Assembly (NCBI GenBank): GCA_044220955.1
Contig: JBGAQA010000001.1
Location: 158,777-222,776, forward strand
DNA: 64,000 nt
From: Sandaracinaceae bacterium
GTDB lineage: Bacteria; Myxococcota_A; Polyangia; Polyangiales; Sandaracinaceae
Direction: 5' to 3'
The translations under genes were made by a program, and so were the position numbers. Below are positions 10,831 through 22,450 of this stretch, piece by piece. The notes under the pieces were generated by a model. The model was not told the origin of the DNA. It did not search any database and saw only the letters and a program-made list of their open reading frames with translations. Within the stretch, counting starts at the first letter, position 1. The number at the start of each line of letters is the position of its first letter.

Positions 10831-12006
10831 ATGCCGCGCTTCCCGAACGTCGCCGAGACCTCGCTCGGGCTGAGTGATCGCGTCTTCGGCGCGCTCGTCG
10901 CCAAGGCGCGCGCGCGCGGGGGTCGGGTCCACGCGCTGCACGTCGGCGACACGTACCTCGACCCGCTGGAGTCGGCGCGGGCCGAGGCGCAGTTCAGCGC
11001 CGAGCACCCGCGGCTGCACAACTACGCGCCGGTGCAGGGCGAGCCTGCGCTCCTCGACGCCGTGCTCCGGCACGTGCAGCGCCGCGCCGGCGTGTCGCTG
11101 GATCGCGAGCTCGTGCAGATCGTGAGCGGCGCGACCGCAGGCATCGCGGTGGTCGTCGACTCGCTGCTCTCGCCGGGCGACGAGCTGGTGCTGCTCGCGC
11201 CGTTCTGGCCGCTCGTTCGCGGAACGTCGGCCCGGCGCGGCGTGAAGGTCGTCGAGGCGCCCTTCTTCGACCGGCTCGAGGCGCTCACGACCGCCGACGC
11301 GGTGGAGAGCTACCTCGAGGCCTACGCCTCGCCGCGCTCGGCCGCGGTCTACGTGAACAGCCCGCACAATCCCACCGGCGGCATCCTCGCGCCGCACCAC
11401 GTCGAGGGCATCGCGCGCTTCGCCGAGCGCCACGGCCTCTGGGTGATCTCGGACGAGGTGTACGAGGAGCTCTGGTTCGACGCGCCGCCCGAGCCGATCT
11501 GGACGCACCCGTTGATCCGGCCGCGCGCGGTCGTCGTGCACTCGGTGAGCAAGGCGTACGGCCTGGCCGGCGCGCGCGTCGGCTTCGCGCACGGTCCGCC
11601 CGAGGCGATGCAGGCGATCCGCGGCGTGCAGACGTTCGTGACCTACTGCGCGCCGCGCCCCTTCCAGCTCGCGGCCGCGCGCGTGCTCGACGAGGGGCAG
11701 GGCTGGATCGCGCGCGCGCGCGAGCACTACGGCGAGCTCGCGAAGAAGGCGGCCGGCGCGCTCGGCGTCCCCGCGCCTCCGGCCGGCACCTTTCTCTTCG
11801 TGGACGTGCGCGCGCACATGCGCGAGGGCGAGGCCGACGCGACCGGCTTCCTCGAGCGCTGCGTCGAGGCGGGCGTGCTGCTCACCCCGGGTCAGGCGAG
11901 CGGCAAGGACTTCGGGACGTGGGTGCGCCTCTGCTTCACCACCCTGCCGCCCGACGAGCTCGACGAGGCCCTCGCCAAGCTCCGCACGGTGCTGCGCCGG
12001 GGCTGA
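10831..12006 (+). CDS. PLP-dependent aminotransferase class I/II
   Basis: NSPHNPTG, SDEVYE, SVSKAYGLAGARVG. Confidence 0.92.
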   Translation: MPRFPNVAETSLGLSDRVFGALVAKARARGGRVHALHVGDTYLDPLESARAEAQFSAEHPRLHNYAPVQGEPALLDAVLRHVQRRAGVSLDRELVQIVSGATAGIAVVVDSLLSPGDELVLLAPFWPLVRGTSARRGVKVVEAPFFDRLEALTTADAVESYLEAYASPRSAAVYVNSPHNPTGGILAPHHVEGIARFAERHGLWVISDEVYEELWFDAPPEPIWTHPLIRPRAVVVHSVSKAYGLAGARVGFAHGPPEAMQAIRGVQTFVTYCAPRPFQLAAARVLDEGQGWIARAREHYGELAKKAAGALGVPAPPAGTFLFVDVRAHMREGEADATGFLERCVEAGVLLTPGQASGKDFGTWVRLCFTTLPPDELDEALAKLRTVLRRG

Positions 12007-12012
12007 CCCGCC

Positions 12013-13470
<1,458 letters not shown>

Positions 13471-13595
13471 CGCGCCGACCTCCGCACGGGATCGAGCCAC
13501 GTCGTCGCTTCGATGACAACCGGGACGACGCCCGCAGGTCCGCGCGCTCGGCGTGCACCGCGCCCGGCGCGAAGCCGCGTGCGACACTGCCGGCC

Positions 13596-14138
13596 GTGAG
13601 GACCCTCGGGCGCGGCCCGCGCAACCTGCTGCTCGCCTTCCACATCCTCTTCGCCGCCACCTGGCTCGGGGGCGTGGCGGCGCTGATCCTCGTCTCGGTG
13701 CTGCACCCGCGGCCCTCTTCGAGCGAGGCGCTCGTCGTCGTTCGCACGACGATGCAGTGGATCGACTGGACGTTGATCATCCCCTCGTGTCTCGGCTCGC
13801 TCCTCACCGGCTTTCTCTCCTCGCAGCTCACGCCCTGGGGCTACTTCAAGCACCACTGGGTGGTCGTGAAGTGGGTGCTGACCGTGGGGATGGTGCTCTT
13901 CGGGGCGCTGGCCCTCGGGCCCTGGGTCGACGCCACCGCGACGCACGCGAGCGAGCGCGGGATCGCGGCGCTCGACGAGCCCGCCTACGCGGGGCTCGCC
14001 GGGCGGGTCGTCGCGTTCGCGATCGTGCAGCTCGTGCTGCTCCTGGTGATGCTCGGGCTCTCGGCCTTCAAGCCTTCCCGGATCCTCGGCGGGGCGGCGC
14101 CTCGCTCGCCCCGACCCGAGCGGGACCGGCCGGGGTGA
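13596..14138 (+). CDS. Integral membrane protein (DUF2269-like)
   Basis: H....TWLGG, LLTG....LTPWGYFKHHWVVVKW, FKP; four TM helices. Confidence 0.7.
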   Translation: MRTLGRGPRNLLLAFHILFAATWLGGVAALILVSVLHPRPSSSEALVVVRTTMQWIDWTLIIPSCLGSLLTGFLSSQLTPWGYFKHHWVVVKWVLTVGMVLFGALALGPWVDATATHASERGIAALDEPAYAGLAGRVVAFAIVQLVLLLVMLGLSAFKPSRILGGAAPRSPRPERDRPG

Positions 14139-14157
14139 GGCGGGGTGCGGCCGGAGA

Positions 14158-14631
14158 TCAGCCGAACGCCGCGTAGCGGGCGGTCATCACCCACACGGTG
14201 AGGATGGCGGCGCCGAACGAGGGCACGCCGAGCGCAGCCCAGATGCGGGCGTAGCGATGGAACAGAGGCGGGATCTCGGTCCCCTCGCGGAGCGCCGTCT
14301 CGGCCAGCGCGCGCATGCGGAGCTGGAGCCAGGCCGCGGGCAGCCACGTGACGCCGGCCACCGCGTAGCCGCAGAGCCCCCAGAGGACCCAGCCCGACGT
14401 CCAGTCGTGGCCGCCACGAACCGCCAGCCAGAGCCCGCTGAGGGGCAGGAGCACGCCCGCGGGCACCGTGAAGAGCCAGTCGGCGAGCACGATCTCGCGC
14501 GCGGCCCACACGATCACGCGGACGTCGCCCGATCGGTCGGCGCGCCACTTGTACCAGGCGGAGCCCAGGCCGGTGCCCAGGAAGAGCACGGCGGCCAGGA
14601 TGTGAACGACCTTCAGCGCGAAGTAGAGCAT
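14158..14631 (-). CDS. DUF2269-family membrane protein
   Basis: HILAAVLFLGTG, VLADWLFTVP, WLPAAWLQ.RM, WAALGVP.F. Confidence 0.8.
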   Translation of the reverse strand: MLYFALKVVHILAAVLFLGTGLGSAWYKWRADRSGDVRVIVWAAREIVLADWLFTVPAGVLLPLSGLWLAVRGGHDWTSGWVLWGLCGYAVAGVTWLPAAWLQLRMRALAETALREGTEIPPLFHRYARIWAALGVPSFGAAILTVWVMTARYAAFG

Positions 14632-15383
14632 CGTCGTGCCAGTACCCAGGTTCCCGCGATGATCGGGAGGTTCTTGATCAGGGGTCCGAACGGATGCACC
14701 AGCATCTCGGGGTGCGCAGCGACCACGAGGGCCGGTAGCACGACCAGCGCGGCGAGCTCGAGCAGGAGCAGCGGGCGCAGGAGCCGGGGCGGGAGGAAGA
14801 GCATCGCGACGCCCGCGGCGATCTGCGCGAGGCCCACGAGGTGCACGAGCAGCGACGCCGTGCTCGCGTCGACTCCGATCACCATCACGACGTCGAGCTC
14901 GAGCGGGCTCTGGAAGATCTGCTTGGGGAAGAGCCCCTCGGTGATCCAGATCGCACCGAGGGTGAACCGCAGCACGCGCTCGACGCGCGGACCGTGGCCC
15001 TCGCGGCGGAGCAGGTACGCCGCCCAGACGGCGCCGATCAGGGGCACGTTCTTCGTCAGGACGCCGAAGGGGTGCACGAGCAGGAGCGGCTCCTCCGCCG
15101 CGAGGATCGCGGTGAACGCGAGGACCGGAGCGGTCTGCGCGAGCGCCTGCCAGACGTCGGTCGGGCGGAACACCAGCGCGAGCGCGAGGAGCACCTCCGC
15201 CGCGCAGGTCACCACCATCACCGTGGGCGACATGCCGAGCGGCGCGAGGTACCGCGCGCCCACCTCGCGGTAGTAGGGATGCAGCACCGAGATGCCGGTC
15301 AGGAGCCACACCGCGGCGACGGAGACGCGCAGCAGGCGCTCGTCGCGCTCGGCCGGGTCGCGCGAGCCCGCCACGGCGCTCAC
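14613..15383 (-). CDS. DoxX-like membrane protein (two tandem repeats)
   Basis: Duplicated HPFG(V/P)L(T/I)KN(V/L)P motif; adjacent to DUF2269 gene. Confidence 0.7.
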   Translation of the reverse strand: MSAVAGSRDPAERDERLLRVSVAAVWLLTGISVLHPYYREVGARYLAPLGMSPTVMVVTCAAEVLLALALVFRPTDVWQALAQTAPVLAFTAILAAEEPLLLVHPFGVLTKNVPLIGAVWAAYLLRREGHGPRVERVLRFTLGAIWITEGLFPKQIFQSPLELDVVMVIGVDASTASLLVHLVGLAQIAAGVAMLFLPPRLLRPLLLLELAALVVLPALVVAAHPEMLVHPFGPLIKNLPIIAGTWVLARRCSTSR

Positions 15384-15487
15384 GGCGCCCCCACGAGCGC
15401 AGTCACCCTGCGGACGGGCATGGGGGACTCTCGCCGCGGCGTCCTCCGAAGGCAAGCCCCCGGGAGCGCCGCGAGCCCGTCGATCGC

Positions 15488-18112
15488 TCAGCGCGTGAAG
15501 AAGATCGGGTTCGAGACGGCGAAGGGCATGCGGCCCGGGTGCAGATCGTCCATCGCCGTCTCGCCGCTCGCGTGGAACACCACCCACGAGCCGAGCGTTC
15601 CGACCGCCACCGGGACGTCGATCATCTCGTCGAACACGATCGTCGGGTCGACCTCGGTGCGAGGCCCCGGAAGCGTCAGGGTGCTCGTCGTCGCCCCGTC
15701 CACGATGACCTCGAGCGAGCGCACCTCGACCCACTCGGCGGCGCGAACCACCACGTGCACCGTCTCCATCGCCGCCGCCCCCGCGACCGTGTCGCCGGGC
15801 CCGGCGCCGCCCATCGTCGTGACGTCCATGTAGACGCCGCCCGAGATCACCGCGTGGCCCGCGTTCGTCGCGTCGCGAACGTCGTTGGCGTCGACCATCC
15901 GAGGATCGTCGGTCCCGAGTGCGAGGCACGTCCGCGGGTAGCCGGTGGGCGCCTCGTAGAGGTGGTGGCTGTCCGAGCTGCCGACCGCCCAGACGTGACG
16001 TCCCATCCGCAGGAACGAGAACCAGTCGGGCACCGTCGTCGTGCGGTTCGACTCGAAGCTCGAGTCGTTCGCCAGCTCGATCACCTGGAAGTCCTCGTCC
16101 CAGAAGTCCGGGCGATCCGCCATGCCCGTGACGGGGTCGTACCCCGCGATCGCGAAGTAGCCGAAGCCCAGCGCATTGATGCGCGGGTGGTTGATGATCA
16201 ACGCCGGATCCTCGGGACGCGCGCGAACCTCCGCGAACACGGGCGGAGGAGTGCGGCCGACCCACGGGATCGCGCCGGCGCTCGGCCGCGACGGATCCGG
16301 GATCAGCGGGAACACGCCGAAGTGGCCCCACTCGAAGGTCGTGAGCTCGAGCCCCGAGATGCCGAGCGCCCACGCCGAGACGCCGAGCGCCGTGACCACC
16401 TCGCCGAAGTCCGCGACGTACTGGTGATCGCTCCGCACGGCGATCTCGAGGCCGTCCGCGACGAGCGCCGTGACCTTGTCCGCGCCGTCGTCCTCGGAGT
16501 CGGGAGAGCGGGTGGTGTGGACGTGATAGTCGGCGCAGAGCCGGCCCGTGGTGTCCACCGAGTGCTGCATGTCGGCGGCGACCTCGACCGTCGCGCCCGC
16601 GGCGACGGTCACGGTGCGGTCGTCGAGCTCGTACTCGTAGCCGCGCGAGACGACGACGCGCCACGAGCCCGCGGGCACCCGGAGCGTGCTCTCACCGTCG
16701 AGCGCGAAGTCGACGTGCGTGCGCCCCGTCGTGACCGCGACCTCGCCGAAGGTCGCCGGCACGGGCGCCGGGGACCCCGAGGAAGGGAGCACCTGGACTC
16801 GCACCGGCAGCGGCATGCCGCCCTCGGTCGCCAGGACGTGGATGGTCCCGTAGGCGGGGAGCGAGACGTTCGCGCTCGCCGGATCGCCGGCCGGCACGTC
16901 GACGTCGGCCGTCGCGAAGCCACGACGGTAGGCGCGCACGCGTGCGCTGCCCGCGGCCGGGATCTCCATCGAGAAGGTTCCGTCCGCCGCGACCTGCGCG
17001 CGCGTGAGATACGTGCCGCCGACCTCGACGTGCACGCGGGCGTCGGCCGCCGGCGTCGTTCCGTCGGCCTCGGTGACCCTGCCGCGGAGGGCTCGGAGCG
17101 GGGTTCCTTCTGCGCGGGCCATGGACGCGACCACGGCGGGCAGATCCCGGCCGATGACGAGGCTCCCGATCGGGATGTCGACCTGGGAGCACGCCGGGAG
17201 CGTGGCCGGGCCCATCGAGATGACCTGGACGCCGGAGATCTCGATCAGCACGGCGAGCGAGCGACCGGCGGGCGCACGCCAGCCCCACGCCGCGTTGCCG
17301 TGGATGTCGTCGTACGCGAGGTAGGGCAGCATGCCGCTGCGCGACGCGAAACCACCGCCCCCCGGGGCGAGCGTCGGCATGCGAGACTGCTGGAAGACGC
17401 CCAGCAGCATGCGGCTCGCGCGCCGCTCGACGCCGTCGGGCTGGAGCACGTGCACGCTGACCTCGACGGCGTCGGCGCCGGGCGCGAGGCTGTAGTCGAT
17501 CGCGACCTGCCAGTCCTCGAACACGTCGGAGCGCGACGTGATCGCGGACAGGATGTCGCCGGCGAAGTCGATCGCGTGCAGCGGTCCGCTGGCACGAATG
17601 ACGGCTGGCCCTCCTGCCGAGCCGTCGGCGATCACGCCGACGTGATCCGTCTCGGGCTGGAACGTGGCGAGGCCCATCAGGAGCTCGTTGAAGTCGGCGG
17701 CATCGACGAGCGCGCCACCCTCGACGCGCGCGACGCCGACGGGACGTCCGCCCCACGTGTCGTAGAGGTCGCTCACGCCCACGTCCTCGACGAGCAGCGC
17801 GACGCGGTCGTTGGCCAGCACGAAGTCGCCGGCGGACCACGTGGCCAGGCCGGTCGCGCTCGCCGGGAGCATCGCCGCGGTGAGCCGGCCCGCGCGGGCC
17901 TCGGTCGCGCTCGCGCCGAGCGGGGACGCGTGCCCGTCGCCCCCGTGCGCGAACGGTGGCGGCGGCGTGTCGCACGTCGGCATCGGCCCGGCGTCGGTCG
18001 GGCCGACGTCGGCCGCGGCATCGCCGCTCGCGGCGTCGACGGGCGCCGGTGGGGGGTTGTCACAGCCGGCGGCGAGGGCGACCAGCACGAGGGGAAGCGT
18101 CGTCCGAAGCAT
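15488..18112 (-). CDS. CehA/McbA-like PHP-fold metallohydrolase lipoprotein
   Basis: Lipobox AAGC; DYHVHT..SPDS, SDH, GHFGVFP, INHPR, GSSDSH, SNPIF. Confidence 0.82.
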   Translation of the reverse strand: MLRTTLPLVLVALAAGCDNPPPAPVDAASGDAAADVGPTDAGPMPTCDTPPPPFAHGGDGHASPLGASATEARAGRLTAAMLPASATGLATWSAGDFVLANDRVALLVEDVGVSDLYDTWGGRPVGVARVEGGALVDAADFNELLMGLATFQPETDHVGVIADGSAGGPAVIRASGPLHAIDFAGDILSAITSRSDVFEDWQVAIDYSLAPGADAVEVSVHVLQPDGVERRASRMLLGVFQQSRMPTLAPGGGGFASRSGMLPYLAYDDIHGNAAWGWRAPAGRSLAVLIEISGVQVISMGPATLPACSQVDIPIGSLVIGRDLPAVVASMARAEGTPLRALRGRVTEADGTTPAADARVHVEVGGTYLTRAQVAADGTFSMEIPAAGSARVRAYRRGFATADVDVPAGDPASANVSLPAYGTIHVLATEGGMPLPVRVQVLPSSGSPAPVPATFGEVAVTTGRTHVDFALDGESTLRVPAGSWRVVVSRGYEYELDDRTVTVAAGATVEVAADMQHSVDTTGRLCADYHVHTTRSPDSEDDGADKVTALVADGLEIAVRSDHQYVADFGEVVTALGVSAWALGISGLELTTFEWGHFGVFPLIPDPSRPSAGAIPWVGRTPPPVFAEVRARPEDPALIINHPRINALGFGYFAIAGYDPVTGMADRPDFWDEDFQVIELANDSSFESNRTTTVPDWFSFLRMGRHVWAVGSSDSHHLYEAPTGYPRTCLALGTDDPRMVDANDVRDATNAGHAVISGGVYMDVTTMGGAGPGDTVAGAAAMETVHVVVRAAEWVEVRSLEVIVDGATTSTLTLPGPRTEVDPTIVFDEMIDVPVAVGTLGSWVVFHASGETAMDDLHPGRMPFAVSNPIFFTR

Positions 18113-18216
18113 GGCCCGAGCGTGCCGCGGGAACGCCGCGGGTTCAACGCTCCGCGGCGCCGGGCGCTCCGGCGGGTGACAAGGGGCCGCGGCGCACGCG
18201 ATGATGCGCTCGCACC

Positions 18217-18657
18217 ATGGCGCTCTCCCAGCTGATCTACCTGAGCCACGCGACCGAGAAGCTCTCGCTGCGCGACACGATGAGCATCGTCGACGTCGCG
18301 AGCGAGAACAACGCGGCGGCGGGGATCACCGGACTGCTCTGCTACGGCGGCGGCTACTTCCTCCAGGTGCTCGAGGGCGAGGGCGACGTGGTGAGCCGGA
18401 CGTTCTGCCGCATCATGCGCGACCCTCGCCACGCCGACGTCCGACTGGTTCACTTCTCGGTCATCGGCGTGCGCCGCTTCGACGACTGGTCGATGCGCCT
18501 GATCAACCTCGACGACCCGAACCGGCCGGAGGACATGCGCCGACCGCATCGCTACCGGCTCGACCGGACGCATCCGTTCTTCAGCACCGATCCGGATGTC
18601 GCGTTCTGGATGCTCTACGACCAGAAGCTCGCGACGCTCGACGATCGGGGCCGCTGA
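18217..18657 (+). CDS. BLUF-domain blue-light sensor
   Basis: LIYLS, NNAAAGITGLL, FLQVLEG, DPRH, RRFDDWSM. Confidence 0.9.
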   Translation: MALSQLIYLSHATEKLSLRDTMSIVDVASENNAAAGITGLLCYGGGYFLQVLEGEGDVVSRTFCRIMRDPRHADVRLVHFSVIGVRRFDDWSMRLINLDDPNRPEDMRRPHRYRLDRTHPFFSTDPDVAFWMLYDQKLATLDDRGR

Positions 18658-18724
18658 CGCGGCTCCTGGCCCGACCCGTCCACGCGCCAACCCTCCACGC
18701 GGATGCGAAGGGGGCCAGACGACC

Positions 18725-19204
18725 CTACTGGGCGCCCTCGATGGGGTCGGAGCCTCCCCCGAGATCGCCGAGACCGAGGTCGTCGCCTGTGCCCGTGCCC
18801 GTCGCCGACGGCGGGTGTGCGTGATGCGCGCCGTGATGCGCGGGGGCGTCGATCCCCGCGTCGTGCGGCACGACGGCGGCGTCCGGGTACACGAAGGCCG
18901 GCCCCGTGTCGGGCGGCGAGTACATGAAGATCGGCAGCACGCTGTGCGCCACCTCGGGGAAGCTCTCGCGCAGCGCGTACACGGCCCCGACGAAGGCGCC
19001 GGCCCCGACGACCACGATGCCCAGGACGAGCGCCCACGGAAACGCGCGCGCCTTCTTCTCCTCCTCGGCGAGACGCGCCTTGGCGGCCTCGCGCACCATC
19101 TCGGTCTTCGCCTTCTGGACCTCCATCTCGCGCTTGAGCGAGTTCAGGCTCATGCGCTCGAAGTCGGTCTTGCTCTTCGGCGGATCATCCCCCTCGTCGG
19201 CCAT
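18725..19204 (-). CDS. Hypothetical single-pass membrane protein
   Basis: Coiled coil, TM helix, Pro/His-rich tail. Confidence 0.6.
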   Translation of the reverse strand: MADEGDDPPKSKTDFERMSLNSLKREMEVQKAKTEMVREAAKARLAEEEKKARAFPWALVLGIVVVGAGAFVGAVYALRESFPEVAHSVLPIFMYSPPDTGPAFVYPDAAVVPHDAGIDAPAHHGAHHAHPPSATGTGTGDDLGLGDLGGGSDPIEGAQ

Positions 19205-19271
19205 GAGGCGGACTATCTCACACCTGGGTTGACCGGACGTGTGGACGTCTTATCGTCCGCCGAATTCCGCC

Positions 19272-20336
19272 ATGGGCCAGAAGCGCGACTACTACGAGGT
19301 CCTGGGCGTCGAGCGCACCGTCACGACCGTCGAGCTGAAGAAGGCCTACAAGAAGGTCGCGCGCGAGCTGCACCCCGACGTGAACCCGGACGATCCGACG
19401 GCCGAGGAGCGCTTCAAGGAGGCGTCCGAGGCGTTCCAGGTGCTCTCCGACGACCAGAAGCGCGCGATCTACGACCGCCACGGGCACGCCGGGCTCGAGC
19501 AGCGCGGCGGCGTCGGCTTCGGCGGGATCGAGGACATCTTCTCGTCCTTCGGCGACATCTTCGGCGACATCTTCGACTTCGGCGGCCGCGGTGGGCGGGC
19601 CCGCGGCCCGCAGCGCGGCGGAGACGTGCGCGCGGGCGTGCGGCTCACCCTCGAGGAGGCCGCGTTCGGGACGACGAAGGAGGTGAAGCTCTCCTTCCCT
19701 GCGCCTTGCACCGCGTGCAACGGCACGGGCGCCGAGGGCGGGAAGCTACAGACGTGCGCCACCTGCGCCGGCCACGGCCAGGTCGTGCAGGGCCGCGGCG
19801 GGTTCATGCTGCGCATCACCTGCCCTGCCTGCCGCGGCGCCGGCCAGCAGGCCGTGAAGGCGTGCCCCACGTGCGGCGGCCGCAGCGAGGTGCCGATCGA
19901 GCGCACCGTGAAGGTGAACATCCCCGCGGGCATCGACGAGGGCCGCAGCCTGCGCCTGAGCGGGCAGGGGCAGCCCGGCCGGATGGGCGGCCCTGCGGGA
20001 CACCTCTACGTGGTGATCGAGGTCCTCCCGCACGAGCGCTTCCAGCGCGACGGCGACGACCTCGTGCACGAGCTGCACGTCTCGTTCACGCAGGCGGCGC
20101 TCGGGGCGACCGTGCCGCTCGAGCTGCTCGGCGGCGAGAAGATCGAGGTGAAGATCCCTGCCGGCACGCAGCCGGGCGAGGCGATCAAGGTGAGCGGCAA
20201 GGGCGTCACCAGCCTCGAGGGGCGCGGGCGCGGCAACCTCGTCTGCGTGACGCAGATCGACGTGCCCAAGAAGCTGAGCGCGAAGGCCAAGAAGCTCCTG
20301 CTCGAGCTGCAAGAGGCGTTCGAGAAGGACGCCTGA
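19272..20336 (+). CDS. dnaJ: Chaperone DnaJ
   Basis: KRDYYEVLGV, HPD, G/F region, four CxxCxG zinc-finger repeats, C-terminal domain. Confidence 0.95.
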   Translation: MGQKRDYYEVLGVERTVTTVELKKAYKKVARELHPDVNPDDPTAEERFKEASEAFQVLSDDQKRAIYDRHGHAGLEQRGGVGFGGIEDIFSSFGDIFGDIFDFGGRGGRARGPQRGGDVRAGVRLTLEEAAFGTTKEVKLSFPAPCTACNGTGAEGGKLQTCATCAGHGQVVQGRGGFMLRITCPACRGAGQQAVKACPTCGGRSEVPIERTVKVNIPAGIDEGRSLRLSGQGQPGRMGGPAGHLYVVIEVLPHERFQRDGDDLVHELHVSFTQAALGATVPLELLGGEKIEVKIPAGTQPGEAIKVSGKGVTSLEGRGRGNLVCVTQIDVPKKLSAKAKKLLLELQEAFEKDA

Positions 20337-20344
20337 CGTCGCGC

Positions 20345-20764
20345 GAGCCGCCGGGCTCGAGGGGATGCATGCGCGCCGCCGCGAGCCAGTCGAGCTTCTC
20401 GGCCGAGTGGTGCACGGCGTGCAGCGGCAAGACGCTGCGACGGGCGAGCGCTGGTGGAAGACGACGCCGAGCAGATCGTCCGCGTCGTGGAAGGGCCAGC
20501 CGAGCGCGAACGCGAGGACCGCGGCCGCCCCGAGCGTGGCCGAGCGCGTGAGGAGCCCCGTGCCGAGCGGTGTGATCAGCAGTACGCCCAGTCGATCGCG
20601 CGCGTGCGGTCGAGCGCGTGCGGCGTGGCATCGTCGGCAGGCGCGAGCTGCTGCGCGAGCGCGCAGAGCGGCGCGAACACGGCCAGGCCCACGCGGACCA
20701 GGGCCGAGGAGGTCACGTAGCCGGGGTGGAAGCCGCGCCCGATCGCGCTCGTGAGGTCGTCCAC
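20345..20764 (-). pseudogene. Fragmented sterol desaturase / fatty-acid hydroxylase family gene
   Basis: LHAVHHSAEKLDWLAAARMHPLE motif in one frame, hydrophobic N-terminal pieces in two other frames, no C-terminal half. Confidence 0.65.
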
Positions 20765-20767
20765 GGA

Positions 20768-21574
20768 TCACACCGCCAGAGCGCCGAGCGCGTCGAGGAG
20801 CGAGAGCAGGAGCGCCTCGATCCGCGCGACGCCGGCCGCGTCCGGCTCGCCCGTGGCCTCGTCCGCGTAGAGCGCGCGGTTGATCTCGATCTGGATGGCG
20901 TGGACCCCGTGCTCGGGCTGCCCGTAGCGCTGGGTGGACCAGCCGCCCCGATACGGGTCGTCGTGCTTCACCGAGAGGCCGGCGGCCGCGAAGTGACGCT
21001 CGACGAGGTCGATCACGGCCGCCGCGGCGCTCGTCCGTCCGCGCGAGCCGGGGACGATGTCGGCGCGTCGCCCTTGCCCGCCCTTTCCGGTCGAGGGCAT
21101 CGAGTGCCCCGCGACCACGATCGCGTGCCCGAAGCGCGTCCGCTTGCGCTGGATCTCCGCCTCGAGCGCGGCGTGGTAGGGCGTGTGGTAGCGCGCGAGG
21201 CGCCGCTCGAGCTCGACGTGCGTGATCGGCTCGCGCAGCGCCGGCTGGCCTTCGGTGGTCGAGCGCCACACCACGCCCCGGCTCTGCGTCGGGCGCGGCG
21301 CCGGGTGGTCGCGCACGGTCTGCCGGTCGACGTCGTCGGGCGCGCGGTTCAGGTCGACCACGTAGCGCGAGAGCCCGCTCGCGAGCAGCGTGGCGCCGCG
21401 CTCGGGCGCGCGCGCGAAGAGCCGATCGACGTAGAGGTCGGAGTCCCGCAGGATGGTCCCGTCACCGACGACGATCTGCGGCCTCACGTCGGCCGGGATC
21501 GCGAGCCCGGCGTGCGGGACCTCCACGATCACGGGCGTCTCCCTCGACGCGTCCGGGCGCACGAGCTGGAACAT
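20768..21574 (-). CDS. N-formylglutamate amidohydrolase
   Basis: VEVPHAG, DLYVDRLF, SRYVVDLNR, YHTPYHAAL, HSMPS, PYRGG, IQIEINR. Confidence 0.9.
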   Translation of the reverse strand: MFQLVRPDASRETPVIVEVPHAGLAIPADVRPQIVVGDGTILRDSDLYVDRLFARAPERGATLLASGLSRYVVDLNRAPDDVDRQTVRDHPAPRPTQSRGVVWRSTTEGQPALREPITHVELERRLARYHTPYHAALEAEIQRKRTRFGHAIVVAGHSMPSTGKGGQGRRADIVPGSRGRTSAAAAVIDLVERHFAAAGLSVKHDDPYRGGWSTQRYGQPEHGVHAIQIEINRALYADEATGEPDAAGVARIEALLLSLLDALGALAV

Positions 21575-21590
21575 CGCCGTCGCGAGGGTA

Positions 21591-22022
21591 CTACCGAACA
21601 TCGATGCGCGCCGTGGCCTCGGCGTCCACCGCGGCGCAGCGCGACCCCTCGCAGACGTGTCCGTCGACGCGCACGGAGAGCACGGCCGTCCCGACGGACC
21701 GGGCCAGCACGGGAACTCGGAACCGGAGCGGGTCGCTCGCCGGATCTTCGGCGTCGAAGCGGAAGAGACGGCCGCGCACGACCTCGACGGCCGCACCGTC
21801 GACGGTCGGCGTGACGAGCAGCGGGCCACGCGCCGCGTCCTCCGCATGCACGAGCAGCGCGACGTCGGCGTGCTCGCCCGGATGGAGCTCGGCGGGCGCC
21901 TCGATGCGCACCGTCAGCGGCGCGGACTGCGCCCGGGCGAGCGCGGCGAGCGCGAGCGACGTCGCGAGGATGGCCAGGGTTCGCGGCCGCGCCGGGCCGC
22001 GCAGCGCTCCCGCGCGGCTCAA
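21591..22022 (-). CDS. Hypothetical secreted beta-sandwich protein
   Basis: Signal peptide ending ARA, C-terminal CxxxxC; TTG start would overlap the thioesterase stop (start uncertain). Confidence 0.5.
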   Translation of the reverse strand: MSRAGALRGPARPRTLAILATSLALAALARAQSAPLTVRIEAPAELHPGEHADVALLVHAEDAARGPLLVTPTVDGAAVEVVRGRLFRFDAEDPASDPLRFRVPVLARSVGTAVLSVRVDGHVCEGSRCAAVDAEATARIDVR

Positions 22023-22450
22023 GACGGCCGCTTCTCCAGGCGCGCGCGCCGGCGCTCGCTCGCACCGTGGTGGCGGCGCTCGTCGTCGGCGGTCTCGAGC
22101 GCGAGCGGCGGCTGCGGGCACGGCTTGCCGTCCGGCCCGACGGCCACGAACGTCATGTACGCCTCCACGCAGCGCCGTCGCTGACCGCTCGCGCGGTCCT
22201 CGACCTGCACCGAGACCTCGACCTCCACCGACGAGCGGAACGCCGCGTTCACACGCCCCGTCAGGATCACGACGTCGCCCACGCGGATGGGCGAGACGAA
22301 GTTCACGTCGTCCATCGACGCCGTGACCGACACGCAGCCCGAGTGCCGCTGCGCCGAGATCGCGCCGCAGACGTCCATCCAGGCCAGGACCGTCCCGCCG
22401 AACGCCGTGCCGAGCACGTTCGAGTGTTGCGGCAGCACGAGCTCCGTCAT
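22019..22450 (-). CDS. Acyl-CoA thioesterase (hotdog fold)
   Basis: LVLPQHSNVLGTAFGG, VTASMD.V.F..P..VGD, FVAVG..GKP; 5' end complicated by a duplication. Confidence 0.85.
   Translation of the reverse strand: MTELVLPQHSNVLGTAFGGTVLAWMDVCGAISAQRHSGCVSVTASMDDVNFVSPIRVGDVVILTGRVNAAFRSSVEVEVSVQVEDRASGQRRRCVEAYMTFVAVGPDGKPCPQPPLALETADDERRHHGASERRRARLEKRPS

Noticed and set aside
19205..19271. CIRCE operator upstream of dnaJ
   Set aside because: TTAGCACTC-N9-GAGTGCTAA is not present
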